Shown here: in pieces, positions 19,097 through 28,245 of the stretch
How positions within the stretch are numbered: position 1 is the first letter of the stretch
Layout of the letters: the number at the start of each line of letters is the position of its first letter
NCBI GenBank assembly: GCA_965277285.1
Contig: OZ255721.1
Location: 64,001-128,000, forward strand
Direction: 5' to 3'
Length of the DNA: 64,000 bases
Source: Abditibacteriaceae bacterium
GTDB taxonomy: Bacteria > Armatimonadota > Abditibacteriia > Abditibacteriales > Abditibacteriaceae
Translations under genes and position numbers: made by a program
Notes under the pieces: model-generated
Told to the model about the DNA's origin: nothing
Databases searched by the model: none
The model's input: only the letters and a program-made list of their open reading frames with translations

Positions 19097-22000
19097 TTGA
19101 TGATTCTTCTCGTTTTTCTTCTCGCCCTTTTTGCTGCACCAGCCATCGCGCAAACCCCGAACGTTCCACCAACTGTTGTCGCTGTGCCAACGCCGATTGC
19201 GACACCAAGGCCGTTGCCTAAATTGAAACCGGCTTTGCCAACACCACCGGCGCCGGAAATGTTTCCGTTCGCCTTGCCGCCATTTGACAGCAGCCAGACG
19301 CCGACCGATGTTTCGTGGATGAACGACCTTCCCGCTGGAGCGCGTGGTTTCGTGTCAACGCAGGGCGAACATTTTGTGGACGGACAAGGACGCGTTTTGC
19401 GTTTGTGGGGCGTCAACATCAATTTTGCGGGCGCCTTTCCCTCCAAAGAAGACGCGCCAAAGATTGCGGCGCGCTTGGCGAAGTTTGGTTTCAACGCGGT
19501 GCGCCTGCATCATTACGAAGGTTATGCCGGACAAAACGGCATCTGGAAAGCCGTTGCTATTGGTTCGTCCAAACCGAAAATCCCGCGCGAGTTCGATCCC
19601 GATCAACTCGACCGCCTGGACTTTTTCATTTCCGAATTGATTAAACACGGCATTTACATCGATTTGAACCTTCACGTCGGACGCAAAACGACTGACAGCG
19701 AAGGTGTTCAATATGCGTCCACTTTGCCGGAAAAAGACAAAGGCATTGATTATTTCGATCCGCAATTGGTTCGCTTGCAACGTGATTTTTCGCGCGCCAT
19801 TTTGACGCACGTCAACCCTTATACGGGGCGCGCGCTCAAAGACGAACCGGGCGTTTGCGCGATTGAAATGACGAACGAAGATTCCCTCTTGGGAATGTGG
19901 CTCGAAGGTTCGCTTTCGATGCCGAACAATTACGCTTATGCTTTGAACGACAAATGGATGATGTGGCTCAAGGCGCGTTATAAAACCGACGCCGCCTTCA
20001 AGCGCGCCTGGACGGAAATTGATGCACCACTGCAGGGAAGCGATATTCTGGCGTTTCCCTTGCCAACCGGCATCGCCAACCCTGATGCGCCGGACGCGCG
20101 CAAAGCCGTTTCCCTCAATGAACTGGCGCACCTCAACTTGGCGCTGGTCAGCGGCGCGCAAGGTTTGACGAGCATCGACCCGATTGGCGGCCCCAGCGTC
20201 GATGGTTTTGTGCGCCCGGGCTTGACCGCGAATTTGCAAACCTCAGGCAGTGTGACGTGGGCATTTCAACTGAACCGCGACGGCCTGGATTTGCAGGAAG
20301 GTCAGGTTTACACGCTTTCGTTCTGGGCGCGCGCCGATTCGCCACGACGCATTTCCGTCAATTTGTGGCAAGACCGCGAACCGCATCGCTTCGAGGGTTT
20401 TACAGGCTACGCCGATCTCACGGTCAACTGGGAGCAGTACTCGTTCGTCTTTCGTCCCGTCAATCCCGATCCGCAGCATTCGCGCATCAGTTGGAACTTT
20501 GGCAAAGACACCGGCACCATTCAACTGGGCGAAACCAATTTGCACGTCGGCGGCAAAATCGCGCTGCCCGAAACGTGGAGCCTGACGCACGGCGTTCCCA
20601 ACCTGGAATGGAAAAGCACGCCGATTTCGCGCGCGCGCCGCGACTTCGCCGAGTTTTTAGGCGGCGTGGAAAGCGATTCCGTGTCGCAAATGCGCGATTA
20701 TTTGCGTAAAAATTTGGGCGTCAAAGTGCCGATTTGGAACACGCAGGCGCAGTTCGGTGGCTGGGGCGGCTTGGCGCGAGAAGGCGATTTGTCGGACGCG
20801 ATTGATGTCCACGCCTATTGGAAACATCCCAGTTTCGGCGGCGCGGCTTGGAGCAACACCGATTGGAAAATCGGCAACGCTTCGATGACGGCGAGCGCCG
20901 CGAACGATCCGCTTTCGGCTTTCGCGTTTTATCGCGTGCCAAACAAACCGTTTGTGATGAGCGAATGGAACAGCGGGCAACCCAATGATTTCGGCGCAGA
21001 AACCCTTTTGATGGCGGCTTCTTATGCGGCATGGCAAGATTGGGCGGGCGTTTTTCTGTTCGATTACCATTCCAACGGCTCGTATAATCGCAACTTTTTC
21101 GACGGCTTTTTCTCGATTGATTCGCAACCCGCCAAAATGGTGACGGCTCCGGCTGCCGCGCTGATTTTCCGGCGTCCGCCAGCAATCGAGTACTCGAAAG
21201 CGCCTTCTCTATCGACAAGCTTGGTGGCGAGCAACAGCGCGATCAAACCCTTGATACCGAGCGCAACGAGCAACGCGTCCGGTAACGCCTTGAGCAATGC
21301 AGCGCCAAAAACCGGCGCTGTTACAACGCAGTCGGCAGCGGAAAAAAGTGCGCTCAACGCTTCGGTTTTACCGGTTTCCAGCGGTCTTTTGCCATCGCAG
21401 AAAAGCGACCCAAATGCGCGCCAAGAAACTGTAACGAATCTTCTGCCTGGCGATGCCTTGCCCGCGACGGACAACGTGACATTGACTTTGCCACGCGACT
21501 TGACGTGGGACGAAACCGCGTCATTTTCGGATGGCCCGACCGCTTCGGCCATCATTCGCAGCTGGCGCGATGCGGGCGGCGTGCGCTCCGTTCCGTTGCA
21601 AGGCCGCCTTTATGCGCAACTGGGCGATGGGCTTTTCGCACGCGCCACGCGAACCACTGCGCCAGCATTGGGCGATTCTCCGATGTTGGTCGGCGATACG
21701 CGACAAATGATGTGGGACAGCAAAAAAGATGTGTTTTGTCTGGACACGCCGCGCTCGAAAGTCGCGGTCGGGTTTTTGGGAGCGCGCTTTACGCAAGTCG
21801 GCGAATGGCAGATTGTGATGCCGCAAACGCAAAACAATTGGGCGAGTTTATCGCTGACCAGTTTGGACGGAAAAGAGATTGCGTCTTCCAAAAGTCTGCT
21901 GCTGACAGCCGTCGGCAAAGCCGAAAATATCGGCATGGGCTGGAACGCGGATCGTTCTTCGGTCGGCAATCAATGGGGAACTGGCCCGACGCAAATCGAA

Positions 22001-22171
22001 GGAATTTTGGCGTATGTTCGCTTGATGACCGACCTGAAAAATCCACGCGTTTATTCGCTGGACGAAACCGGCGCGCGCCATTTCCTGATTCCTTCGCGCC
22101 TGCGCAACGGCGTCTTAAGTTTCACTCTTTCGCCTTCGTGGAAAACCGCGTGGTACCAAATTGAAGGATGA
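19097..22171 (+). CDS. Secreted clan GH-A (GH5-like) glycoside hydrolase with an inserted carbohydrate-binding module
   Basis: Signal peptide; GFNAVRLHH, HVNPYTG, EMTNEDS, DVHAYWKHP, PFVMSEWN; YTLSFWARAD CBM4/9-like insert. Confidence 0.75.
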   Translation: MMILLVFLLALFAAPAIAQTPNVPPTVVAVPTPIATPRPLPKLKPALPTPPAPEMFPFALPPFDSSQTPTDVSWMNDLPAGARGFVSTQGEHFVDGQGRVLRLWGVNINFAGAFPSKEDAPKIAARLAKFGFNAVRLHHYEGYAGQNGIWKAVAIGSSKPKIPREFDPDQLDRLDFFISELIKHGIYIDLNLHVGRKTTDSEGVQYASTLPEKDKGIDYFDPQLVRLQRDFSRAILTHVNPYTGRALKDEPGVCAIEMTNEDSLLGMWLEGSLSMPNNYAYALNDKWMMWLKARYKTDAAFKRAWTEIDAPLQGSDILAFPLPTGIANPDAPDARKAVSLNELAHLNLALVSGAQGLTSIDPIGGPSVDGFVRPGLTANLQTSGSVTWAFQLNRDGLDLQEGQVYTLSFWARADSPRRISVNLWQDREPHRFEGFTGYADLTVNWEQYSFVFRPVNPDPQHSRISWNFGKDTGTIQLGETNLHVGGKIALPETWSLTHGVPNLEWKSTPISRARRDFAEFLGGVESDSVSQMRDYLRKNLGVKVPIWNTQAQFGGWGGLAREGDLSDAIDVHAYWKHPSFGGAAWSNTDWKIGNASMTASAANDPLSAFAFYRVPNKPFVMSEWNSGQPNDFGAETLLMAASYAAWQDWAGVFLFDYHSNGSYNRNFFDGFFSIDSQPAKMVTAPAAALIFRRPPAIEYSKAPSLSTSLVASNSAIKPLIPSATSNASGNALSNAAPKTGAVTTQSAAEKSALNASVLPVSSGLLPSQKSDPNARQETVTNLLPGDALPATDNVTLTLPRDLTWDETASFSDGPTASAIIRSWRDAGGVRSVPLQGRLYAQLGDGLFARATRTTAPALGDSPMLVGDTRQMMWDSKKDVFCLDTPRSKVAVGFLGARFTQVGEWQIVMPQTQNNWASLSLTSLDGKEIASSKSLLLTAVGKAENIGMGWNADRSSVGNQWGTGPTQIEGILAYVRLMTDLKNPRVYSLDETGARHFLIPSRLRNGVLSFTLSPSWKTAWYQIEG

Positions 22172-22778
22172 GGATCGAGTACTCGAAACTCAAACTATGT
22201 TGTTTTGCTGGACTTTTGCGGCGAGCGAATCCACAATATCGCCCAACGGTTTGTTTTCCCAAGAGCGCTTGTCCTTGTTGGGAATGTCGATGCTCAACTC
22301 TTTTGAGAATCGTAAAAGACACTCGAAAAGTTCCATGTCTCCAAAAGGCATTTGAAAAACAACGTCGAACAGGTCTTGTGGAATGAAAAAAACGTTTGGC
22401 CAGCGATATTCTTCTGTGATAACGGAACTGTGATAACGGAACGAACGTAAACGCTCATTGGCAGCCGCGTCGGATCGTTTCCCCAAAGTTCAAGAACTGA
22501 TTTTGATCTCGCAGCGAGTTGCTCGGCTACTTGCGCTACGACTGGATCGAAGCGGCTTTGATAAATCCAAATCGGTTTCGCAAATAGTTCCTTTGGTACA
22601 TATTGTTCGATTTGATAACCATCTGGTCAGTGGAGCGGTTGCATTTACGTTATCTTATCGTTTTTCTTATGAGCAGGCGCCTGAGCGGAATCGAGTACTC
22701 GATATTCATCATTCATCATTCTGTATTCATCATTTGTCTTATAATGAGAGTGCTCGTTTGAGTGAGGAGGCGGCTCTT

Positions 22779-23741
22779 ATGCCGTATGTTGCGACCTGCA
22801 CATTCCGCGAACCCGCGAAATCTTATTATCTCGATCCGTGCGACTTGGAACTTCACGCCGATTCGCGCATTGTGGCCGAAACCGCGCGCGGAATCGAACT
22901 GGGAAAACTGAAATTCTTGCCGCGCGAAGTCAGCGCTGACGCCATTATTCAACCGGTGCGCCCGATTCTGCGCATCGCTACCGAAAGCGATCTGGAACAA
23001 CACGAAGAAAACCTGCGCCGCGAAGAGGAAAGTGTTCTCATCGTCCGCAACCGCATTTTGTATTATGGCCTGCCGATGAAGCCGATCAAATGCGAACTGA
23101 TGCTCGATTGTTCGCGGATGTTTTTCTTTTACGAAAGCGAAGGCCGCGTCGATTTCCGCGAACTGTTGCGCGATGTTTCCAATCGCTTGAACGTGCGCCT
23201 GCAATTTCAGCAAGTGAACGCGCGCGAGGCGGCGCAGATATTGGGTGGCGTCGGCATTTGCGGACAGGAATTGTGCTGCGCGACGTGGCTCAAGTCGACG
23301 CCGCCCATCACCTTGAAAATGGCGAAGGAGCAGGGCATGGCGCTGACTCCTTCAAAAATCAGCGGCGTTTGCGGTCGTTTGATGTGCTGCCTGCGCTACG
23401 AAACCGATTTCTACCGCGACCAGAACATGAAATTGCCATCGCCCGGCACGCCCGTTGATACACCTGAAGGGCCGGGTTACGTCGTCAATGTCGATGTTTT
23501 TACCGAAGTTTGCACGGTGCGCCTGGGCGATGACCGACAAATCGCGGTTCAAGGCGACGATTTGCGTGCACTGCGCGAAGAACGCGGCGAAGTTCATGCT
23601 TGCAAAAACTCGGTGAAAAATGGCGGCAGTTGCAACGGCGCGGCGGTCGGCCAAAGTTGCGGAACTGGCGGCTGCGGCAAAGACGGAGGCTGCGGCTGCA
23701 CTTATATGAAAGGCGCGCGCATGGTCGCATTGACGGTTTGA
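22779..23741 (+). CDS. PSP1-domain protein (YaaT/RicT-like)
   Basis: GAGGAGG RBS; RVDFRELL, GGVGICGQELCC, KISGVCGRLMCCLRYE; Cys-rich tail. Confidence 0.88.
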   Translation: MPYVATCTFREPAKSYYLDPCDLELHADSRIVAETARGIELGKLKFLPREVSADAIIQPVRPILRIATESDLEQHEENLRREEESVLIVRNRILYYGLPMKPIKCELMLDCSRMFFFYESEGRVDFRELLRDVSNRLNVRLQFQQVNAREAAQILGGVGICGQELCCATWLKSTPPITLKMAKEQGMALTPSKISGVCGRLMCCLRYETDFYRDQNMKLPSPGTPVDTPEGPGYVVNVDVFTEVCTVRLGDDRQIAVQGDDLRALREERGEVHACKNSVKNGGSCNGAAVGQSCGTGGCGKDGGCGCTYMKGARMVALTV

Positions 23742-23749
23742 CACGTATC

Positions 23750-23824
23750 AACGAACCCGAAGCGTAAGCGACGGGTCTTGCGCAAAGTCTTATCAAGACC
23801 CGTCGCTTACGCTTCGGGTTCGTT
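23750..23824. repeat. AACGAACCCGAAGCGTAAGCGA-family hairpin with 31-bp perfect arms
   Basis: aacgaacccgaagcgtaagcgacgggtcttg - 13 nt - caagacccgtcgcttacgcttcgggttcgtt. Confidence 0.92.
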
Positions 23825-23855
23825 ATCGCACTTCGAGTACTCGATTTCTCTCAAT

Positions 23856-26039
23856 ATGCCTGAAAAGTTCTTCCTGACGACACCGATTTATTATATCAAC
23901 GCGACGCCACACATCGGTCACGCTTATACGACAATCGCCGCCGATGTGCGCGCGCGCTTCGAGCGTTTGCGCGGCAAAAACGTCTATTTTCTGACTGGAA
24001 CCGACGAACACGGCTCGAAAGTGGCGCGCGCGGCGGCGGATGCGGGCGTTTCGCCACAAGATTACGCTGACGAAATTTCCGGCAAGTTCGTCGAATGCTG
24101 GCAGGCTCTCAACATCAGCTACGACGACTTTATCCGCACCACACAAGCGCGCCATGAAATCGCCGCCAAGCGCATCGTCGAAAAACTGTGGAGCGGCGGA
24201 CATTTGGCGTTGGGAAGTTATAGCGGCTGGTATTCGGTTCCCGACGAAACTTTCTTCAAGCCCGAAGATGTAACCGAGCGCGACGGCGCGACGTATCTGA
24301 CGAACCCTTCCATCGATCAGACCAAAGCGCCGCTGGAATGGGTCGAAGAAACCACGCATTTTTTCCGATTGTCGCAATTCCAGGATTTTCTGCAAACGTA
24401 TTACGAAGTGCATCCCGAAACTTTGCAGCCGACTTCGCGCCGCAACGAAGTTCTGTCGTTTCAGCGTTCGGGGCTGGACGACGTTTCGATTTCGCGCGAA
24501 CTGAGTTGGGGAATCAGCGTGCCCGAAAGCGTTCCTTCGCACGAAAATCACAGCATTTATGTGTGGTTTGAAGCCTTGATGAATTACGCGACGGCGCCCG
24601 GATTTTTGAGCGACGATGAAACGCAGCGCGCGCATTTCGCGCAAGTGTGGCCGCCCGATTTGCAGTTGATGAGCAAAGACATTTTTACGCGCTTTCACGC
24701 GACGATGTGGCCCGCCATGCTCCAGGCTCTCGATTTGCCTTTGCCCAAAGTCTTGTTTTCGCACGGTTTCTGGACGGTGGACGGGCGCAAAATGGGCAAG
24801 CGCGACCCGGAAACCATTGTCGAACCAGTTGCATTCGCACAGGAAATCGCGGATCGCGCCGCTTGCGGTTTTGACATCGGCGTTGATGCGTTGCGCTATT
24901 ATTGTTTGCGTGAAGTGACCTTTGGCGCCGATGGCGATTTTTCGCGCGAAGGCTGTTTTGCGCGCTACAATTCCGACCTGGCGAACGGTCTGGGAAACTT
25001 GGTCAATCGTGCGCTTTCGATGTTGCAGCAATACTTTGGCGGCGTCGTGCCCGAAACGAATCGAGTACTCGATGTGCGCCGCGCCGTCCTCGAAGCGACC
25101 TCAAGCGTAGAGAAGGCGTATGAAAAGCTGGAGTTTCATACCGCTTTAGCTGAAATCTGGAACATCATCGCGCTTCCCAATCGCGTTATTGAAGAAGAAA
25201 AGCCGTGGGCGAAAATGAAGGCGGGCGATGACGAAAGTCAGGCGCAAGTGGCGGCGCTTTTGCGCGAAGTGCTCGATGTTTGCGCGTGGTGTTCAATCGT
25301 CCTTTTTCCCGTCATGCCACACGCGATGCTGCGTTTGCGCGAACTGCTGAACATTCCGCATGAACTCACCTGGAACGATGCCCAAACGCTCGATCTTTTG
25401 CCCGCCGGTCACGTTTGTCGCGCGCCAGAGCCATTGTTCCCACGGATGCAATTGAAGAAGACGGAAAACCCTTCTGCTAAAGGAAAGAAAATGACTCAAA
25501 ACGAAAACTTTGAAAACGTCGCGCAAAGTCCCAACGCGGCTTCGCCCGATCCCATCGCCAACCGCGAAATGATTATGGAAGCCGGTATTTCCAATCACCG
25601 TACCGTCGGCGATTTGCCCAAAAGCGCTCCGATGCAAAGCCAGTCGCAGAGCCAATCGCAAAGCGCCGAAGTCGCGCCTTCCAGCGCGAGCGAAGCGCCG
25701 CAATCGAACCTGATTGAGTACGCCGATTTCGCCAAAGTCGAACTGCGCGCGGCGAAGATTTTGGAAGCCGAGCGTATTCCCAAAGCGGACAAATTGTTGA
25801 AATTGCAAGTCGATCTGGGAACCGAAAAGCGCCAGATTTTAGCCGGTATCGCGCAACAGTTCACGCCGGAAGAATTGATCGGCAAAACTATCGTCGTGGT
25901 GGCGAACCTGGCGCCGCGAACCATGCGCGGCTTGGAATCGCAGGGAATGTTGCTCGCCGCGTCCGTGACATCCGATGGCCCGCCAGCGGGATTATTGACG
26001 GTGGACGGCGATATTCCGCCGGGCAGCATCATTCGATAA
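23856..26039 (+). CDS. metG: Methionine--tRNA ligase with C-terminal tRNA-binding domain
   Basis: TTPIYYIN..PHIGHAY, TGTDEHG, YVWFEAL, KMGK (KMSKS-like), C-terminal DKLLKLQVDLG..ESQGM. Confidence 0.95.
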   Translation: MPEKFFLTTPIYYINATPHIGHAYTTIAADVRARFERLRGKNVYFLTGTDEHGSKVARAAADAGVSPQDYADEISGKFVECWQALNISYDDFIRTTQARHEIAAKRIVEKLWSGGHLALGSYSGWYSVPDETFFKPEDVTERDGATYLTNPSIDQTKAPLEWVEETTHFFRLSQFQDFLQTYYEVHPETLQPTSRRNEVLSFQRSGLDDVSISRELSWGISVPESVPSHENHSIYVWFEALMNYATAPGFLSDDETQRAHFAQVWPPDLQLMSKDIFTRFHATMWPAMLQALDLPLPKVLFSHGFWTVDGRKMGKRDPETIVEPVAFAQEIADRAACGFDIGVDALRYYCLREVTFGADGDFSREGCFARYNSDLANGLGNLVNRALSMLQQYFGGVVPETNRVLDVRRAVLEATSSVEKAYEKLEFHTALAEIWNIIALPNRVIEEEKPWAKMKAGDDESQAQVAALLREVLDVCAWCSIVLFPVMPHAMLRLRELLNIPHELTWNDAQTLDLLPAGHVCRAPEPLFPRMQLKKTENPSAKGKKMTQNENFENVAQSPNAASPDPIANREMIMEAGISNHRTVGDLPKSAPMQSQSQSQSQSAEVAPSSASEAPQSNLIEYADFAKVELRAAKILEAERIPKADKLLKLQVDLGTEKRQILAGIAQQFTPEELIGKTIVVVANLAPRTMRGLESQGMLLAASVTSDGPPAGLLTVDGDIPPGSIIR

Positions 26040-26162
26040 AGCTCGTTTGCCGTCGTTCCAGATCTTTTCCACATCCGTGCTCATCCGTTTGATCCGTGTT
26101 GGCAAAACTGCCGTGTCCTCTTTTGACGGCGGCTTTCTGAAGACGAGTTTTCTTTTTCTGCT

Positions 26163-26840
26163 GTGAAACTTCGATTCCGTTTACCTTTGGGCATCAAGAA
26201 TTTCTGGCGCGGTTGTCGTGTCGAAGAAAAAGTTGTGTTGTGTGCGGCGGCTTTGATTGTGCCGTTTTGCGGCGGTTTCGAGTACTCGAAAGGGCGCTCT
26301 CAAGCGCCGTTGCCGCCACTTTTTCGCGCCGCACCGGAAGACCAGGCGTCACGTTCAACGAATAAAATTCTGCTGATTGACATCATGGGCAAAGTGCGTC
26401 GTCCTGGCTTACAAAAGTTGCCGCAAGGTTCGCGCGTTTTTCAAGCGTTGCAAGCCGCTGGTGGCGCGACCGATGAGAAAGCGGCGCAAACTTTGAATCT
26501 CGCGGAACTTTTGCACGACGGTCAAAAACTCGTGGTTGGCGAACCTCAAGCTGCCGCGCTGCCACTATCGAGTACTCGAATCGGGCAAGTCGCGCCGTCT
26601 GGGACGAAGAACGCTGGAACAAAGCGCACGGCGCGCAAAGCGTTGCCGACAGCGCCGATCAATGTCAATACGGCGACGCTTGAAGAATTAGAACAATTGC
26701 CTGGCGTCGGCCCCGCGTTGGCGAGTCGTATAACCGCGGCGCGCGCTCAAAAGAAGTTGGAAAATCTGAGCGATTTGGATGCGGTTTCCGGCATTGGGCC
26801 GAAGAAGTTGGAAGCGATGCGGCCTTTCGTCAGGTTTTAA
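26163..26840 (+). CDS. comEA: ComEA-family DNA-binding competence protein
   Basis: SLBB domain (GKVRRPG...RV..ALQAAGG, LNLA..L.DG) and helix-hairpin-helix (INVNTAT.EEL..LPGVGP, VSGIGPK). Confidence 0.88.
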   Translation: MKLRFRLPLGIKNFWRGCRVEEKVVLCAAALIVPFCGGFEYSKGRSQAPLPPLFRAAPEDQASRSTNKILLIDIMGKVRRPGLQKLPQGSRVFQALQAAGGATDEKAAQTLNLAELLHDGQKLVVGEPQAAALPLSSTRIGQVAPSGTKNAGTKRTARKALPTAPINVNTATLEELEQLPGVGPALASRITAARAQKKLENLSDLDAVSGIGPKKLEAMRPFVRF

Positions 26841-26870
26841 GACGATTATCTGCTACCGATTGCTGATATT

Positions 26871-26984
26871 GTAGGGACGCAGATTTCTGCGTCCGCTGTA
26901 AGTCCGTATCGAGTACTCGAATGCGGACGCAGCATCAAGCGCGGACGCAGCATCAAGCGCGGACGCAGAAATCTGCGTCCCTAC
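26871..26984. repeat. GTAG-type REPIN-like doublet with internal 18-bp tandem repeat
   Basis: GTAGGGACGCAGATTTCTGCGTCCGC ... GCGGACGCAGAAATCTGCGTCCCTAC; gcggacgcagcatcaagc twice. Confidence 0.85.
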
Positions 26985-27052
26985 GAGGGTTGTGCAGGCG
27001 TGTCGCTGGCGAAGAGCGCGATCTGCGTTTCGGCATTAACAAGGAGAAATCG

Positions 27053-28063
27053 ATGAGCAGCACTTCAAAGACATGGACGAGCGGCGATGCCGACTTTCCG
27101 ATTATTCATTTGGCTGATAGTGAAGGCAGAGAAGTTCAGATTGCGCCTGTCGCCGGTTTTAACGCGTTTTCGTTTCGCGTGACGCACAACGGCCAAACAT
27201 TGCCGATTCTGGTCGAACCCAAAGACGACGCCGAACTCCGCAAAGGTGGTTTCAGTTTCGGTTATCCTTTGCTGTTTCCGTTTCCCAATCGCTTGCCCGA
27301 AGGCCATTACTCGTTTGAAGGCCGCGCGCTCAAAGCCGATGTCAACTTCAAAGATGGGCACGCGATTCATGGTCTAGTTTGCGACCGTCCGTGGAACGTT
27401 GTCGAAAGCGGCGCCGATGATGAACGTGGCGCGTGGGTCACAGCGACTTTCGACACGCGCGATTTTCCCGATGTGCAACGCCAATATCCCTTCGACTGCC
27501 TGGTTACCGCGACTTATTCATTGCACGGCGGCGAGTTGAACCTCGCGTTTACGGCGCAAAACGTCGGCACGGGAAATCTGCCGATGGGTTTTGGCATTCA
27601 TCCCTGGTTTCCCTGTCCTTTGACGTCACAGGGAAAACGCGCCGCGTGCGAACTGTTTGTGCCCGCCAACGCGCGCTGGGAATTGGAGTCGCTTGATTAT
27701 TTGCTGCCGACCGGAAAATTGCCTCCGGTTGAAGGCACGGAGTACGACTTTCGCCAGCCGCGCGCTCTGGGTGGCATTTTCCTGGACGAGGTTTACACCG
27801 ATTTGTCTTTCGACGGCGACTGGCATCGTAGCCGTTTTCTCGACCGCGAAAGCGGTTTGGCGCTGGGTATGAAAGCGTCAAAAGTCTTCCGCGAATATGT
27901 GGTTTATGCGCCGCTCGACCGCGATGTGATTTGCCTCGAACCTTATTCCAGCACGACCAACGCCGTCAACCTGCACGAGCAGGGTGTTGACGCCGGTCTG
28001 GTTGTGCTCGCGCCGCAAGGATTGTGGCATGGCGAAATCGGTTTGTCGGTCAGCAAAATATAA
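27053..28063 (+). CDS. Aldose 1-epimerase family protein
   Basis: AAGGAG RBS; LFPFPNR, HAIHG, GFGIHPWF, ICLEP. Confidence 0.88.
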   Translation: MSSTSKTWTSGDADFPIIHLADSEGREVQIAPVAGFNAFSFRVTHNGQTLPILVEPKDDAELRKGGFSFGYPLLFPFPNRLPEGHYSFEGRALKADVNFKDGHAIHGLVCDRPWNVVESGADDERGAWVTATFDTRDFPDVQRQYPFDCLVTATYSLHGGELNLAFTAQNVGTGNLPMGFGIHPWFPCPLTSQGKRAACELFVPANARWELESLDYLLPTGKLPPVEGTEYDFRQPRALGGIFLDEVYTDLSFDGDWHRSRFLDRESGLALGMKASKVFREYVVYAPLDRDVICLEPYSSTTNAVNLHEQGVDAGLVVLAPQGLWHGEIGLSVSKI

Positions 28064-28075
28064 GACGCCGCATTT

Positions 28076-28182
28076 GTAGGGGCTTGGCGCGCCAAGTCCG
28101 CGTTGTGTGCAAGCCCACGTTGTATGTTTGCCTCAACAATCGAGTACGCGATGAGTGCGGGCTTGGCGCGCCAAGCCCCTAC
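28076..28182. repeat. GTAG-type REPIN-like doublet
   Basis: GTAGGGGCTTGGCGCGCCAAGTCCGC ... GCGGGCTTGGCGCGCCAAGCCCCTAC. Confidence 0.85.
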
Positions 28183-28245
28183 GAGACGGTTGCGAATTCT
28201 CCAAAGCGGAGGTTTTCTCTCGAGCAATCTGCCATAATTGCTTGA

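Noticed and set aside
22190..22486. 98-aa minus-strand ORF
   Set aside because: TTG start just after an in-frame stop, no RBS or recognised domain; possibly a decayed gene but unsupported
22458..22778. Upstream extensions given by the ORF track (also 2987, 7769, 15486, 23778, 26921, 47497, 48302, 58680)
   Set aside because: They run through repeats or upstream genes; downstream ATGs with better RBS or family-consistent N-termini were chosen
26072..26100. Solo ATCCGT-periodic tract after metG
   Set aside because: Single occurrence with no partner arm in the window; too little to call
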